The notes beneath the pieces are model-generated. The model saw nothing but the letters and a program-made list of their open reading frames with translations, was not told the origin of the DNA and searched no databases. The position numbers and the translations under genes are program-made. A stretch of DNA of 37,154 nt, taken from the NCBI GenBank assembly GCA_048940925.1, contig JBHLOC010000045.1, forward strand, positions 1 to 37,154, given 5' to 3'. The DNA is from Promethearchaeota archaeon. Lineage in GTDB: Archaea; Asgardarchaeota; Lokiarchaeia; Sigyniarchaeales; SOKP01. This document shows, one piece after another, positions 28,292 through 37,154 of this stretch (the first letter of the stretch is position 1; every line of letters begins with the position of its first letter).

Positions 28292-28789
28292 ATGTCAAAT
28301 CTTCTCAGAGAATTTACATTTGAAAAGCCTCCAAAAGAAATAACATATCTCGATAATGAACCTTTAAAATTAACCAAAGAGTTTGTGTTTTTTCATAATA
28401 AAAGCAAGTTTAGAAAAGAGCTTAATCGCCTTCAATACTTATTTAAATCTTATACGAGAATACCTCTAAAAGCCGAAGGAATAAGAGACTCTTATTTAAA
28501 AGAAGAGCTTTCTGAAACCTTTTTCATGGTCCTATTTACAACATCAGATATCGTTAAAAAGACTAATAAGATTTTAAAAAATTACTCTGATCAAGAATTT
28601 GAATCTGGTTGTTTTCTTATAGAAGCAACATCGAATTATTTGTTACTTCTGACAAAAGAAATAGATAGTTTAATATCTGGTATTAACTTGTTGGAAGAAA
28701 TATTAATACAGATTTTAGAGGATTATATTAACCAACAGAATTTTGATGAATATATCAAAATTCGTCCCTTTAAATTAAAGAGTTGCTAA
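28292..28789 (+). CDS. Stand-alone GH20 domain-2 (zincin-like) fold protein
   Basis: N-terminal PKEI and 'GCFLIE..SN.LLL.....SL..GIN.L..IL' resemble the GH20b accessory domain. No catalytic barrel follows. Confidence 0.5.
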   Translation: MSNLLREFTFEKPPKEITYLDNEPLKLTKEFVFFHNKSKFRKELNRLQYLFKSYTRIPLKAEGIRDSYLKEELSETFFMVLFTTSDIVKKTNKILKNYSDQEFESGCFLIEATSNYLLLLTKEIDSLISGINLLEEILIQILEDYINQQNFDEYIKIRPFKLKSC

Positions 28790-28850
28790 AGGAATAATAA
28801 ATAAAAAGTAATGAATATAAAAACTAACTTTTTCTATTATATAGATCTGA

Positions 28851-30575
28851 TTAAGATCCAATATATTTCCAAGGTGTCCGTTTTCTTAGCCTGTAAGCCT
28901 TCTCAGCATATTCTAAGCACATTCTATGCGTATTAAAATATGCGGCAAGTGAAATCGCATTTTTCTGTCTAAAGATCCACTCATCATGGTTCATATATGT
29001 AGGAATAATTTGATTTTCCAATACCTCATATAGTGCATTTGCATCGATTTCCCAATTATTTGACACTCCTGGATCATTTGGATTTGAATCATCTGGGCCA
29101 ATAGCCCAGCCCGCAAGAGGATTCATTTTATATCCTTCCATCCACCAACCATCTTGGACACTAAGATTTAATACGCCATTTAGAGCTGCTTTCATGCCAC
29201 TTGTGCCACTGGCTTCACGATATCGTTCAGGAGTGTTAAGCCAGACGTCAACTCCTGATACAAGCATATGGGAAAGGTCCATGTTATAATTTTCCATCAT
29301 AACCACTTTTACACCATAATTATTATATAAATATTCACCTGATTCATGGATTTGTTTAATATAATCCTTACCCATTTGATCTTTGGGATGGGCTTTACCT
29401 GCAAAAATGAATTGTACACCATTTTTACAAATTTTCCCTAATCTATCAATATTATGAAAAATTAATACTGCTCTTTTGTAGGTTGCAAATCTTCGAGCAA
29501 ATCCAATAGTAATTAATTCCTCATCCAACAAATTCCATGAGTGTCCTTTCTGATAACTTATCAAATTGAACTTATTTTCTATATGAGCATCAAAGACATC
29601 AAGATCATCAAGTTCAATTGCGTTCTCGAGCAAATGAGGATTTGATCTCCAACTTGGCCATTTTCTGTTATAAATTTTACGAAAAGGTTTTGAACACCAA
29701 AATGGCAAATGAACTCCGTTAGTTATATGATCAATTTCATATTGAGGGAACATTTTCCTAGATATATCACCATGTTTTTTTGCAACTCCATTTCTATATC
29801 TTGAAAGAGCCATGCCTAAGTAAGTCATATTAAATTCGCCATTATCATCTGCTAGTTTTCTTATTTCTTTCGGCATTCTTTTTCCGAAGACTTTATCTAC
29901 TAAATCTTGTTTAAAGCGATCATGCCCTGCTGGAACAGGAGTGTGGGTTGTAAAAACCACTTTTTCCTTTACTTTCTCTATATCACCATTTAACATGTTG
30001 TAGAGTTCAATAATGGAAAAAGATCCATGACCTTCATTAAGGTGATAAGTTTGAATGTTGTTATACCCCAAGGACTTTAAGAGTTTGACGCCTCCTACTC
30101 CTAATATTATTTCTTGGACAATTCTATTCCATCTTGATGTAGAATCATATAAAGATCCTGTCATCTCTTTCATCCATTCTTCATTACCTTCTACATCTGT
30201 AGTCAATAGGTAGATAGGTAAAAGGTGCCCCGATTGCCCTATCACATTATATTGCCATGCCGAAACTTTCACGTCTTTATCCTCTATCTTCATTGTAATT
30301 GGTTCTGGAACTCTCTCAAATTCATAAAAGAAATTCCATTCAATTTCTCGTTCCTTTTGTTCCCCAAACTCATTGAAAAACTGGAAAAAATAACCAGAAC
30401 TGTAGCATAAACATATCCCCACTACAGGAAGTTCGAGATCTGCCGCTGATCTTACTGTATCTCCAGATAATACTCCTAAACCTCCTGAATATGTAGGAAT
30501 ATTACTATCAACTCCTATTTCCATCGAAATATAAGCTACTGTCGTATCATTTTTAAAACTTTCATTGACTTCCAT
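28851..30575 (-). CDS. glgP: Alpha-glucan (glycogen/maltodextrin) phosphorylase
   Basis: SME.G, YSGGLG.L.GD, HLNEGH, FTTHTP..AGHD, ARRFATYKR, GKAHP, EASGTSGMKA (PLP Lys). Confidence 0.97.
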   Translation of the reverse strand: MEVNESFKNDTTVAYISMEIGVDSNIPTYSGGLGVLSGDTVRSAADLELPVVGICLCYSSGYFFQFFNEFGEQKEREIEWNFFYEFERVPEPITMKIEDKDVKVSAWQYNVIGQSGHLLPIYLLTTDVEGNEEWMKEMTGSLYDSTSRWNRIVQEIILGVGGVKLLKSLGYNNIQTYHLNEGHGSFSIIELYNMLNGDIEKVKEKVVFTTHTPVPAGHDRFKQDLVDKVFGKRMPKEIRKLADDNGEFNMTYLGMALSRYRNGVAKKHGDISRKMFPQYEIDHITNGVHLPFWCSKPFRKIYNRKWPSWRSNPHLLENAIELDDLDVFDAHIENKFNLISYQKGHSWNLLDEELITIGFARRFATYKRAVLIFHNIDRLGKICKNGVQFIFAGKAHPKDQMGKDYIKQIHESGEYLYNNYGVKVVMMENYNMDLSHMLVSGVDVWLNTPERYREASGTSGMKAALNGVLNLSVQDGWWMEGYKMNPLAGWAIGPDDSNPNDPGVSNNWEIDANALYEVLENQIIPTYMNHDEWIFRQKNAISLAAYFNTHRMCLEYAEKAYRLRKRTPWKYIGS

Positions 30576-30786
30576 TTACTTTCACTCTAATATAGTCTTT
30601 AATTAGAATCTATCTTTACATTTTTGAATCTTATATATTACTTTTAAAATCTATAGTTTAATATCTTATCGTAATGAAAATTGAATTTAAAATTTGTAGA
30701 TTTTTATTAGTTTCTTTGTCAAATGACAAAAAAATAGGTAAAAATGTCATTCGGACTATAAATACATAAAAAAAGAAAAAAACAAA

Positions 30787-30885
30787 TTAGATTTTTAGAG
30801 GTTCTCCGCCCTGATCTAAAATTTCTACTTTAATATTTGGATCCTTTTTCTCCAAGAGTTCCTTAAACGTATTTAGATCTCTCAT
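30787..30885 (-). pseudogene. 32-aa ORF resembling the C-terminus of a UPF0173/MBL-fold hydrolase
   Basis: MRDLNTFKELLEKKDPNIKVEILDQGGEPLKI*, followed by a T-rich terminator-like run. In-frame stop two codons upstream. Confidence 0.45.
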
Positions 30886-31005
30886 TAATCATATAATATG
30901 AAATTCCTTTTTATGAAATTTTTACTTCGAAATTTATTTAAGAGTCTATAATGCATCCAAATTTTTTATTTAAATAGATTCAAAAAAGTTTGCAGTTGAA
31001 TTAAA

Positions 31006-31524
31006 ATGAGTGAATTAAAACTAAGAGTTAAAGATATCTTTAAAGAAGATAATGGGAAAGATATTGCTCGAATCGATCCTGCAGTTTTTACAAAATTTAA
31101 TATAAATACTAATGATATAATTCAAATAATTAATGCGTATAATGAAAATTTCACCGCAGCAAAAGTCTATCCTAGTGATCTTAAAGATAAAGAAAAAAAG
31201 ATAATAAGAATTGATGCCTTCAAAAGAAGAAATATAGGTGTTTTAGTTGATGATATTGTTATAATCAAAAAGACAAAAATAGCATTCGCTCAACAAGTTT
31301 CTTTCGCAGGTTATAAAAAAGGGATTATATTAAAGAATCCGAAAGCATTGGTGAAAAAGTTAAATGACAAATTAGTATCTAAAGGAGATATCTTTACATT
31401 TCAAACTGGGAGTGAACGAGTGGACCTAATTGTAATCAATCATACACCTGAAACCGTAGTCGTTAGAATGCATCCTAACACCGCAATTTATTGTCAAGAA
31501 AAATTTTATGACAAGATAACATAA
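31006..31524 (+). CDS. Stand-alone Cdc48/VAT N-domain protein (no AAA module)
   Basis: LRV......D.GK.IARID, DII.I, IIRID...R.N.G....D.V; second subdomain with KGD...V...P...V....T.I. Stops before any Walker A. Confidence 0.85.
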   Translation: MSELKLRVKDIFKEDNGKDIARIDPAVFTKFNINTNDIIQIINAYNENFTAAKVYPSDLKDKEKKIIRIDAFKRRNIGVLVDDIVIIKKTKIAFAQQVSFAGYKKGIILKNPKALVKKLNDKLVSKGDIFTFQTGSERVDLIVINHTPETVVVRMHPNTAIYCQEKFYDKIT

Positions 31525-31702
31525 GCGATTGAATTTAAAATTCAATATATAGCCTTATATCTTATAGAATTTAATATGGAATACAAAACTAAAAAGTGGG
31601 AGAACTATATGTTATTTAGTAAGACTTTCGAATAATTATTATTTGAAAACTTAAAAAGTGATTTATGATAAAGTTGTAGAATATTAGCAAATTATCTATT
31701 GT

Positions 31703-33229
31703 CTATGATCTTTCTTTTAAAAACTGGGTAAAATCGTTAATAAAGCTTTTTACCCTGAAAATAACAGGATCAAAAGCTGGATCGTGTGTTATGGTCAGAA
31801 TTTCTTTCAGGTCTTTAGATTTTATGATAGATTCTTTTAAAGTCTTATTCCCATATATTACTTCTCCTAATGAATTAAACATGTCTTCTAATCCATCTAT
31901 GGAACTATTCTCTAAGGGAACTTTCAACATATTTATCACTTCTAAAGCCATCGCAAACATTTCCCCACTACGCCACATGTAGGATTGATATTCCATATTT
32001 TTTTCATCAAATTCAGAATTAACAGGATTCATGATATTGGGATCAGTAATATTGTTTTCTTGAAGAACCATATTCAGATCATTAACAATCCATGTAAGAA
32101 ATTCTTGTGTCTTTGAAAATGTCTCTATTATTATTTTTTTATTCTGGTCGATAAAAGCCTTCAGAGGATAATAAATATATTTCGGATCATTATCACCGTA
32201 GATCCAAGAGCCGATTTCATTATAAAGAACGAGGATGACATTGAATAAATGCTCAATTTCTTGATTATGCTTTCTTAATAATTCAGAGAGAATAGTTATA
32301 ATACCTCTCGATAGAAATGCAAGTATTGTTTTTCCTTTATGACGAAATAAATCTTTATATTGCTTAATAAAATCATTAAAAGGGAAGACTTTCTTCATTT
32401 CTTCCTTTTGATCTGGAGAAAGTCCTTTATGTGTTTGAATTAACTCCCATACTTCCTGAATATCTTCATGATACAGTGCGCAGATTTTTTCTGGATTTTT
32501 TTGTAGTAACTCATTGATAATGATAACCCAATGCGTTAGAAATGCCTCATCTGAGGTTATATCGAAGTTCATTGTCATGTTTGGATATAACGTCTTTAGA
32601 AAGGGAAGGTGACTCAAAAACATGACTAGCGAAATATAGACACCAGCTTTAGGTCGATAGATACAAATTGTTGCACCACACTTTTTACATGGCTTACTAA
32701 TTCGCAAATAATATTCATGGATAGTATCTGAAGGAATACCTGCAGGGGGGGTGAAGAATCCTTTAAGCCACTGAGCTTCCTCTAATGTCGCTCCACACTT
32801 GCACCGTATTTTCAGTTGAGTTGGAACTCCTGCAATTAATAAGGCAATTCCGGTTGGATCTGCTTTAAAGAATTGAGTTCTTATAAAAAAGAATTTCAAT
32901 AGATACCAGAAATTTGGTTGTTCAAATTGGCTAGTCTTTTGAACTCTATATTTTTTATTTAGCTTGGTAAGACTTTTCTCAATATTTTTCGGTTTTTTAT
33001 TATCGCTTAATTCTGTATTTAAATATAACTCATAATCAATCTCAAATATAAGATGGTCGTTTATCCAGAAATCAAGAGGGATCTCTATTTGCTCTCCCAC
33101 CTTTGAGAAAATACCGCCCATATGAGCCTTCATATCTTCCTTAGGAACAAATCTAGCATCACAGATTGGACATTTATATGTCCCAGGAGGAAAAGGAGTG
33201 CCACAAACGATACACTTTATTTGAGTCAT
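31703..33229 (-). CDS. Hypothetical protein with an N-terminal zinc ribbon and an internal Cys cluster
   Basis: CIVC..CPIC; RCKC...CKKC; helical C-terminal two-thirds. Confidence 0.75.
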   Translation of the reverse strand: MTQIKCIVCGTPFPPGTYKCPICDARFVPKEDMKAHMGGIFSKVGEQIEIPLDFWINDHLIFEIDYELYLNTELSDNKKPKNIEKSLTKLNKKYRVQKTSQFEQPNFWYLLKFFFIRTQFFKADPTGIALLIAGVPTQLKIRCKCGATLEEAQWLKGFFTPPAGIPSDTIHEYYLRISKPCKKCGATICIYRPKAGVYISLVMFLSHLPFLKTLYPNMTMNFDITSDEAFLTHWVIIINELLQKNPEKICALYHEDIQEVWELIQTHKGLSPDQKEEMKKVFPFNDFIKQYKDLFRHKGKTILAFLSRGIITILSELLRKHNQEIEHLFNVILVLYNEIGSWIYGDNDPKYIYYPLKAFIDQNKKIIIETFSKTQEFLTWIVNDLNMVLQENNITDPNIMNPVNSEFDEKNMEYQSYMWRSGEMFAMALEVINMLKVPLENSSIDGLEDMFNSLGEVIYGNKTLKESIIKSKDLKEILTITHDPAFDPVIFRVKSFINDFTQFLKERS

Positions 33230-33503
33230 ATTAAATACCCTACTAGTAATATTATTTAAATAAAAATTCTGATTCTTTGTCTAGTAAATCTTCATAATAA
33301 TTGACAATACCAAACACTTATTTTTTCATATTCTTAATTCACTCATTTAATTTTAAGATAGTCTTAGAATTTGTCTTTTATTTTTTATTATTTATAAAGT
33401 ATTACAACATAATAGGTTCAACAGATTTATAATTATTTTTACTCTTCTTCTTATTTATAACGCCCCTCTGATTTAAATAATATAAAGGATTTGGAAAAAT
33501 GTG

Positions 33504-33748
33504 ATGAACATCAGAAGCAATAAGGTAGAACAAGCCCGAAAAGAGCTCGTCCAACAAGCATTAGACGAAATTTGCGCCAGTACGGGTTTTTCGCGACCTT
33601 AGACGCATTAATACTTTTGCTTTTTCTAGTACTTTATGAACTGGTAAATCCGTATCTGAGGTGTCATGAAGTAAATCTCATTTCAAAACATAGACGGAGT
33701 TTCCAAGCATTCAAGAAAAGAGAATATCGGTTAATTCTTTTTTCATGA
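33504..33748 (+). pseudogene. Possible frameshifted gene remnant
   Basis: A 32-aa ORF (33504-33602) joins an open -1 frame at a T5 run and continues to TGA at 33746. Locally higher GC. No family recognised. Confidence 0.3.
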
Positions 33749-33863
33749 AGTCTTTTCAGGAATTAACACATAAAGTTACCATTATTAGGAGCATTAAACA
33801 AAACCATATATAATCTCCATAGCATTTTTGCTTTATTTCCATAATTATTCCCTTTGAGTACCC

Positions 33864-34340
33864 TTAAAATCCTTCTCGTTCTTCTACTACTTCTATATTG
33901 TTAAGTTCTGAAAAAGAAGGAATAGTATTCTCATTTTGACGTGCCTTTATTGTTGCGAATTCAATTTTTTCTTGTAAGATATGTTGAAGTAATAGTCTAC
34001 TAATTTCAACTTGAGGATACAACAATTTTTTCCTATACTCCCCGATGTTAATCCATAAAGTATACTGATTCCACTGAAATAAGATTGGTGTCTTATTATC
34101 CTTGAATATATTTACCGTTTTCCATGACTCTGATTTACGGGTAAGCACCTGGAGGATCATGACGATTTCCTCTAATCCTACTTTTATCGTCTTTCCTTCG
34201 TTTTTCGAAGGTTTTTCCCATGAGCCGTCTGGTTTAATTTTAATACAGCGTAGAAACATATAGGGTCCTGTTTTTGAGCTGGTCTGAATGAACAGCCCAG
34301 TATTTTTTCCGAAAAAGACTTGGTTATGTGCATCTACCAT
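33864..34340 (-). CDS. Hypothetical protein, putative Whirly/PC4-like fold; paralog of 7278-8003
   Basis: Aligns by eye over ~135 aa with the 7278 ORF. AGGAGA SD. Confidence 0.65.
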   Translation of the reverse strand: MVDAHNQVFFGKNTGLFIQTSSKTGPYMFLRCIKIKPDGSWEKPSKNEGKTIKVGLEEIVMILQVLTRKSESWKTVNIFKDNKTPILFQWNQYTLWINIGEYRKKLLYPQVEISRLLLQHILQEKIEFATIKARQNENTIPSFSELNNIEVVEEREGF

Positions 34341-34507
34341 TCTCCTTTACCTTGGTATACTTTAGTTATTACCTAAAATTTACAGGGATTTATAAAGAAA
34401 AACAGAGAGTTAAAGTCTTGATTTATTGTATTTCAAAATCATCTGATTTCAAACTTTTTTAAGTTCTTTTTCTAGTAGTGATTTCACCTAAATTTCACGT
34501 TTGGAGA

Positions 34508-35014
34508 CTATAGAACTGACTTCCAAGCTGAAATGCATTCCTCAGGGTTAACTTTAAACTTTTTTTCGATTTTTTCCCATTCCATGTCATTAATAATGCC
34601 TCCAACGAACTTATCGCTTACAGCATGCGCAATTCCTTTAATGTAATCGTCGTTATCACAATAAATGTTAATTTCTATGACATGATTCTTGGCTTTAATC
34701 GCTCCTGCTCCTGCTACTTTAGCTACTACTTCAACGAATAATTTGAGTGCAGGTGATAGATAATACAACGATTTATTTCTATCGGGACGCGATATGCCAA
34801 ATTTTGTAAGGGGATCAAGACCCATAAGATAAACTCTAATTTCGTTCGCAGTATCCGGCACATAAGTCTTAAACATCGGGAGATCAACTAAATCAAGTAC
34901 ATTAGAATACCACTGTCTTGGGTATCTTACTTTAGTAGCGCCTGCATAAAGAGTTGTTTTACGGAAATTCAGAAATCCTAACTCTTTTGCTTTTTTAAGT
35001 ACTTTTTTTCCCAT
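34508..35014 (-). CDS. Hypothetical protein
   Basis: 168-aa ORF with a GGAGTGA SD. No recognised motif. Confidence 0.8.
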   Translation of the reverse strand: MGKKVLKKAKELGFLNFRKTTLYAGATKVRYPRQWYSNVLDLVDLPMFKTYVPDTANEIRVYLMGLDPLTKFGISRPDRNKSLYYLSPALKLFVEVVAKVAGAGAIKAKNHVIEINIYCDNDDYIKGIAHAVSDKFVGGIINDMEWEKIEKKFKVNPEECISAWKSVL

Positions 35015-35496
35015 TTTGGATTCACTCCTTTAAAATTAAAATTGTTTTTATTCTTTTTTTTAACATATACATATATTTCACATTTTTTTAAATTTTAGAT
35101 TTGTGAAAAGTTGGGTCTAGTTACCTATTTAAAACAATAAGGAAGGATTTTTTTACAAAAAAGAGTATACCAAAAAAAATTAGATTATTTAAGAATTGTA
35201 ACTTGACAAATTTACATCGATCAACTATGAACTACGTCCATTCTGAATTATTAGATCGACTAAAGATGAAACAAATAACTTCTAATTTCTTTTTATTTTT
35301 GGTTAATAAAATGAGTACTTGTTTCCCGGTTCGATATACCAGATTATTTTTGTCGGCATAGTCTATGAAGGAAAGGTTCTCTTTTTAGTAAAACCAACAC
35401 CCTCCATGATTTTTATTAGGATCGAGCAAATAAATGAAATACACATTTTCTAATTTTTTTTAAGCTCTTCTTAATTATCATTCAAACTATAATACT

Positions 35497-36243
35497 ATGA
35501 AAACGTATAATAGAATCCAAGACCACGGAGCTTCAATAAAAGGAAATAGTAGAGAAATTGCTCATTTATTCTATAATTTTAATAAAATACCACCCATTAT
35601 TGGCATGATAGTTGCTGATCAATTTGGAAATATACTAATGGTTATAGACTATGAAAACACACCTGAAGGAAAGTATGGCTCAATTAAATCGTATTTGTCT
35701 GGAAATAATGAGAATTTATTAGAGCTTGATCTCATTTCAATGTATTTTAGTTCATTTAAGGTATTCGCCGCACAAACTAATATCCAAAACTTATCGAATC
35801 TTGAGATTCATGGGTCTAATATTAAAGTTCAGCTATATTTCCCTCTCAACAAATATATCTTAATTATTTTCCTTCATTCTAAGGTAGATTTAAATCTAAA
35901 AGAAAAGGAGCAAATAGTTCAGTACTTTAAAGAGATCTTAACTAAATATAGCTATGAATTTCAACATTTCAATGCTTCTCCTTCAAGGAAGACTCTTAAA
36001 ATGTTGGAAAATAAAGGAAAAATATTCTTAAAGAGGTTGAATAGGACCTATATACAGGCATTTCACCATCATTATTTAAAGAAGCATCAAATTCTTGAAA
36101 TGTTAATGAGTAAAATCTCTCCTACCATTGAGGAAGTCTTAGCTGAATATTTAAAAGGAATTCCAAAGGATTTTATTAATGACATGTCAAGAGAATTAAA
36201 GAACAAGATACACGATAAAATGTGTGATTTCAAAATATCTTAA
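35497..36243 (+). CDS. Longin/roadblock-like domain protein with a helical C-terminus
   Basis: IIGMIVADQFGNILM; DLISMYFSSF..FA; NLEIHG.NIK....; YILIIF: beta-beta-alpha-beta-beta-beta-alpha pattern. Confidence 0.6.
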   Translation: MKTYNRIQDHGASIKGNSREIAHLFYNFNKIPPIIGMIVADQFGNILMVIDYENTPEGKYGSIKSYLSGNNENLLELDLISMYFSSFKVFAAQTNIQNLSNLEIHGSNIKVQLYFPLNKYILIIFLHSKVDLNLKEKEQIVQYFKEILTKYSYEFQHFNASPSRKTLKMLENKGKIFLKRLNRTYIQAFHHHYLKKHQILEMLMSKISPTIEEVLAEYLKGIPKDFINDMSRELKNKIHDKMCDFKIS

Positions 36244-36267
36244 TTCATCTTCTTATGGTGGCGAAGT

Positions 36268-37154
36268 ATACTCTATTATATTTCTAACTGGCGTTTTAGA
36301 AACTATTCAACTATAAAGAAAGTTAATCCATTTAAGACATGCAAATTTTATCGATTGAAGTATAGTAATAACACTCTCTTTTTTCACCTTGATAATAATT
36401 TACTGTTTTCGTTAAGACATTTTAATCTAAATTTTGCTACTCATCCAAGCATGATGTATCTTGATAAGTTTGTGAGAGCTTTGAACAGTCATAAAATTCC
36501 CTTTATTTATACCATTAATGCAGTTCCCATCTCTTATTCCCTTTTTTGCTCTGAATGTGCTAAATATTTAAATTTAAAAACTGAAGAAGCCCTCAAAGGG
36601 ATCGTTTTTATAATATATGATGATCCGAAGCCTAGATATATAAAATATCCTCGAGAAGAATTTCAAAATTGGTTAAATATGAGAACAGGAATCTGGAAAA
36701 CGACGCTGAGTGTCTCCACAGCTGCATATAAAGTTGCTAAAAGATTAAAATATAATGATTTTCTTGAGTTAAACGAGCATATTGCTATGAAATCTAAAGT
36801 ATTATTAAATTCCTTTGAAGAGAATTTTATAACCTTGAAGCTTAAATGCCTTATAAATCAACTATTAGTTTCAGGATTCCTAAGTGAGTGTTTCAAAAAT
36901 ACTGTGTTTCGTTTAAATGGCACTCAATTAAATTATCTTTACTTTCAAGGGAAAACATTACATGAACTCGTAAAAGTTGCAAATGAGTTTAAAAAAGGAA
37001 TAGATACTCGAATCGCTGCCGAGTTTAACACGCCCACCCAATTGGATAATAGTATTGTAATAGGAAAGACGATAAATACAGAATTCTTAGAAGAAGAAAG
37101 TCCCTTAGGTTTTACTTTTGATCAATTAAAGCAATTATTTATAACAAATGGTAT
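36268..37154 (+). CDS. Partial large hypothetical protein (runs off the window); start uncertain (ATA 36268, TTG 36355 or ATG 36451)
   Basis: Frame open from 36244 to the window end (~300 codons). Absent from the ORF track because it lacks a stop. Confidence 0.75.
   Translation, partial: MLYYISNWRFRNYSTIKKVNPFKTCKFYRLKYSNNTLFFHLDNNLLFSLRHFNLNFATHPSMMYLDKFVRALNSHKIPFIYTINAVPISYSLFCSECAKYLNLKTEEALKGIVFIIYDDPKPRYIKYPREEFQNWLNMRTGIWKTTLSVSTAAYKVAKRLKYNDFLELNEHIAMKSKVLLNSFEENFITLKLKCLINQLLVSGFLSECFKNTVFRLNGTQLNYLYFQGKTLHELVKVANEFKKGIDTRIAAEFNTPTQLDNSIVIGKTINTEFLEEESPLGFTFDQLKQLFITNG

Noticed and set aside
2647-31982. Short shadow ORFs (e.g. 2647, 5866, 6307, 6845, 7589, 9275, 9914, 11039, 11900, 12006, 12798, 13337, 16128, 16562, 16624, 17209, 18888, 20585, 21094, 25663, 30225, 31791)
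   Set aside because: They overlap well-supported genes, nearly all antisense, and have no recognisable motifs.
35100-35420. Short open frames in the 35014-35497 intergenic region
   Set aside because: No convincing start, SD or family similarity; they could be chance or highly decayed sequence.
1-37154. CRISPR array, tRNA, rRNA, intact transposase or integrase
   Set aside because: No regularly spaced repeats, cloverleafs or recombinase motifs seen by eye.

Overview
AT-rich (roughly 30% GC) archaeal chromosomal segment, most likely Lokiarchaeia (Asgard archaea). This assignment is inferred from an archaeal uS10, an archaeal SRP RNA, GGTGA-type Shine-Dalgarno (SD) motifs, an SBBP beta-propeller protein with a Loki-CTERM-like tail, paralogous UroD-family proteins and a longin-like protein. 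Most of the window is housekeeping or metabolic (USPs, response regulator, CDF transporters, IMPase/FBPase, MPG, tandem Ldh_2 dehydrogenases, PhzF, MtnA, Dus, GlgP). The ORF track misses or misplaces several things. (i) A ~345-nt SRP (7S) RNA on the minus strand carries two extra hairpins and abuts a truncated gene duplicate. (ii) Non-canonical ATA/ATT start codons 6 nt after strong SD motifs are forced for rpsJ and a USP gene, and possible for a third gene. (iii) A eukaryote-like Bud23/WBSCR22 rRNA m7G methyltransferase is translationally coupled to a radical SAM gene. (iv) Two Whirly/PC4-like paralogs, a stand-alone Cdc48 N-domain, a longin-like protein and a Zn-ribbon/HEPN protein are present. 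(v) A 55-bp identical tract is shared by tandem paralogs, and several gene remnants occur. All homology calls come from motif recognition by eye; no searches were run.
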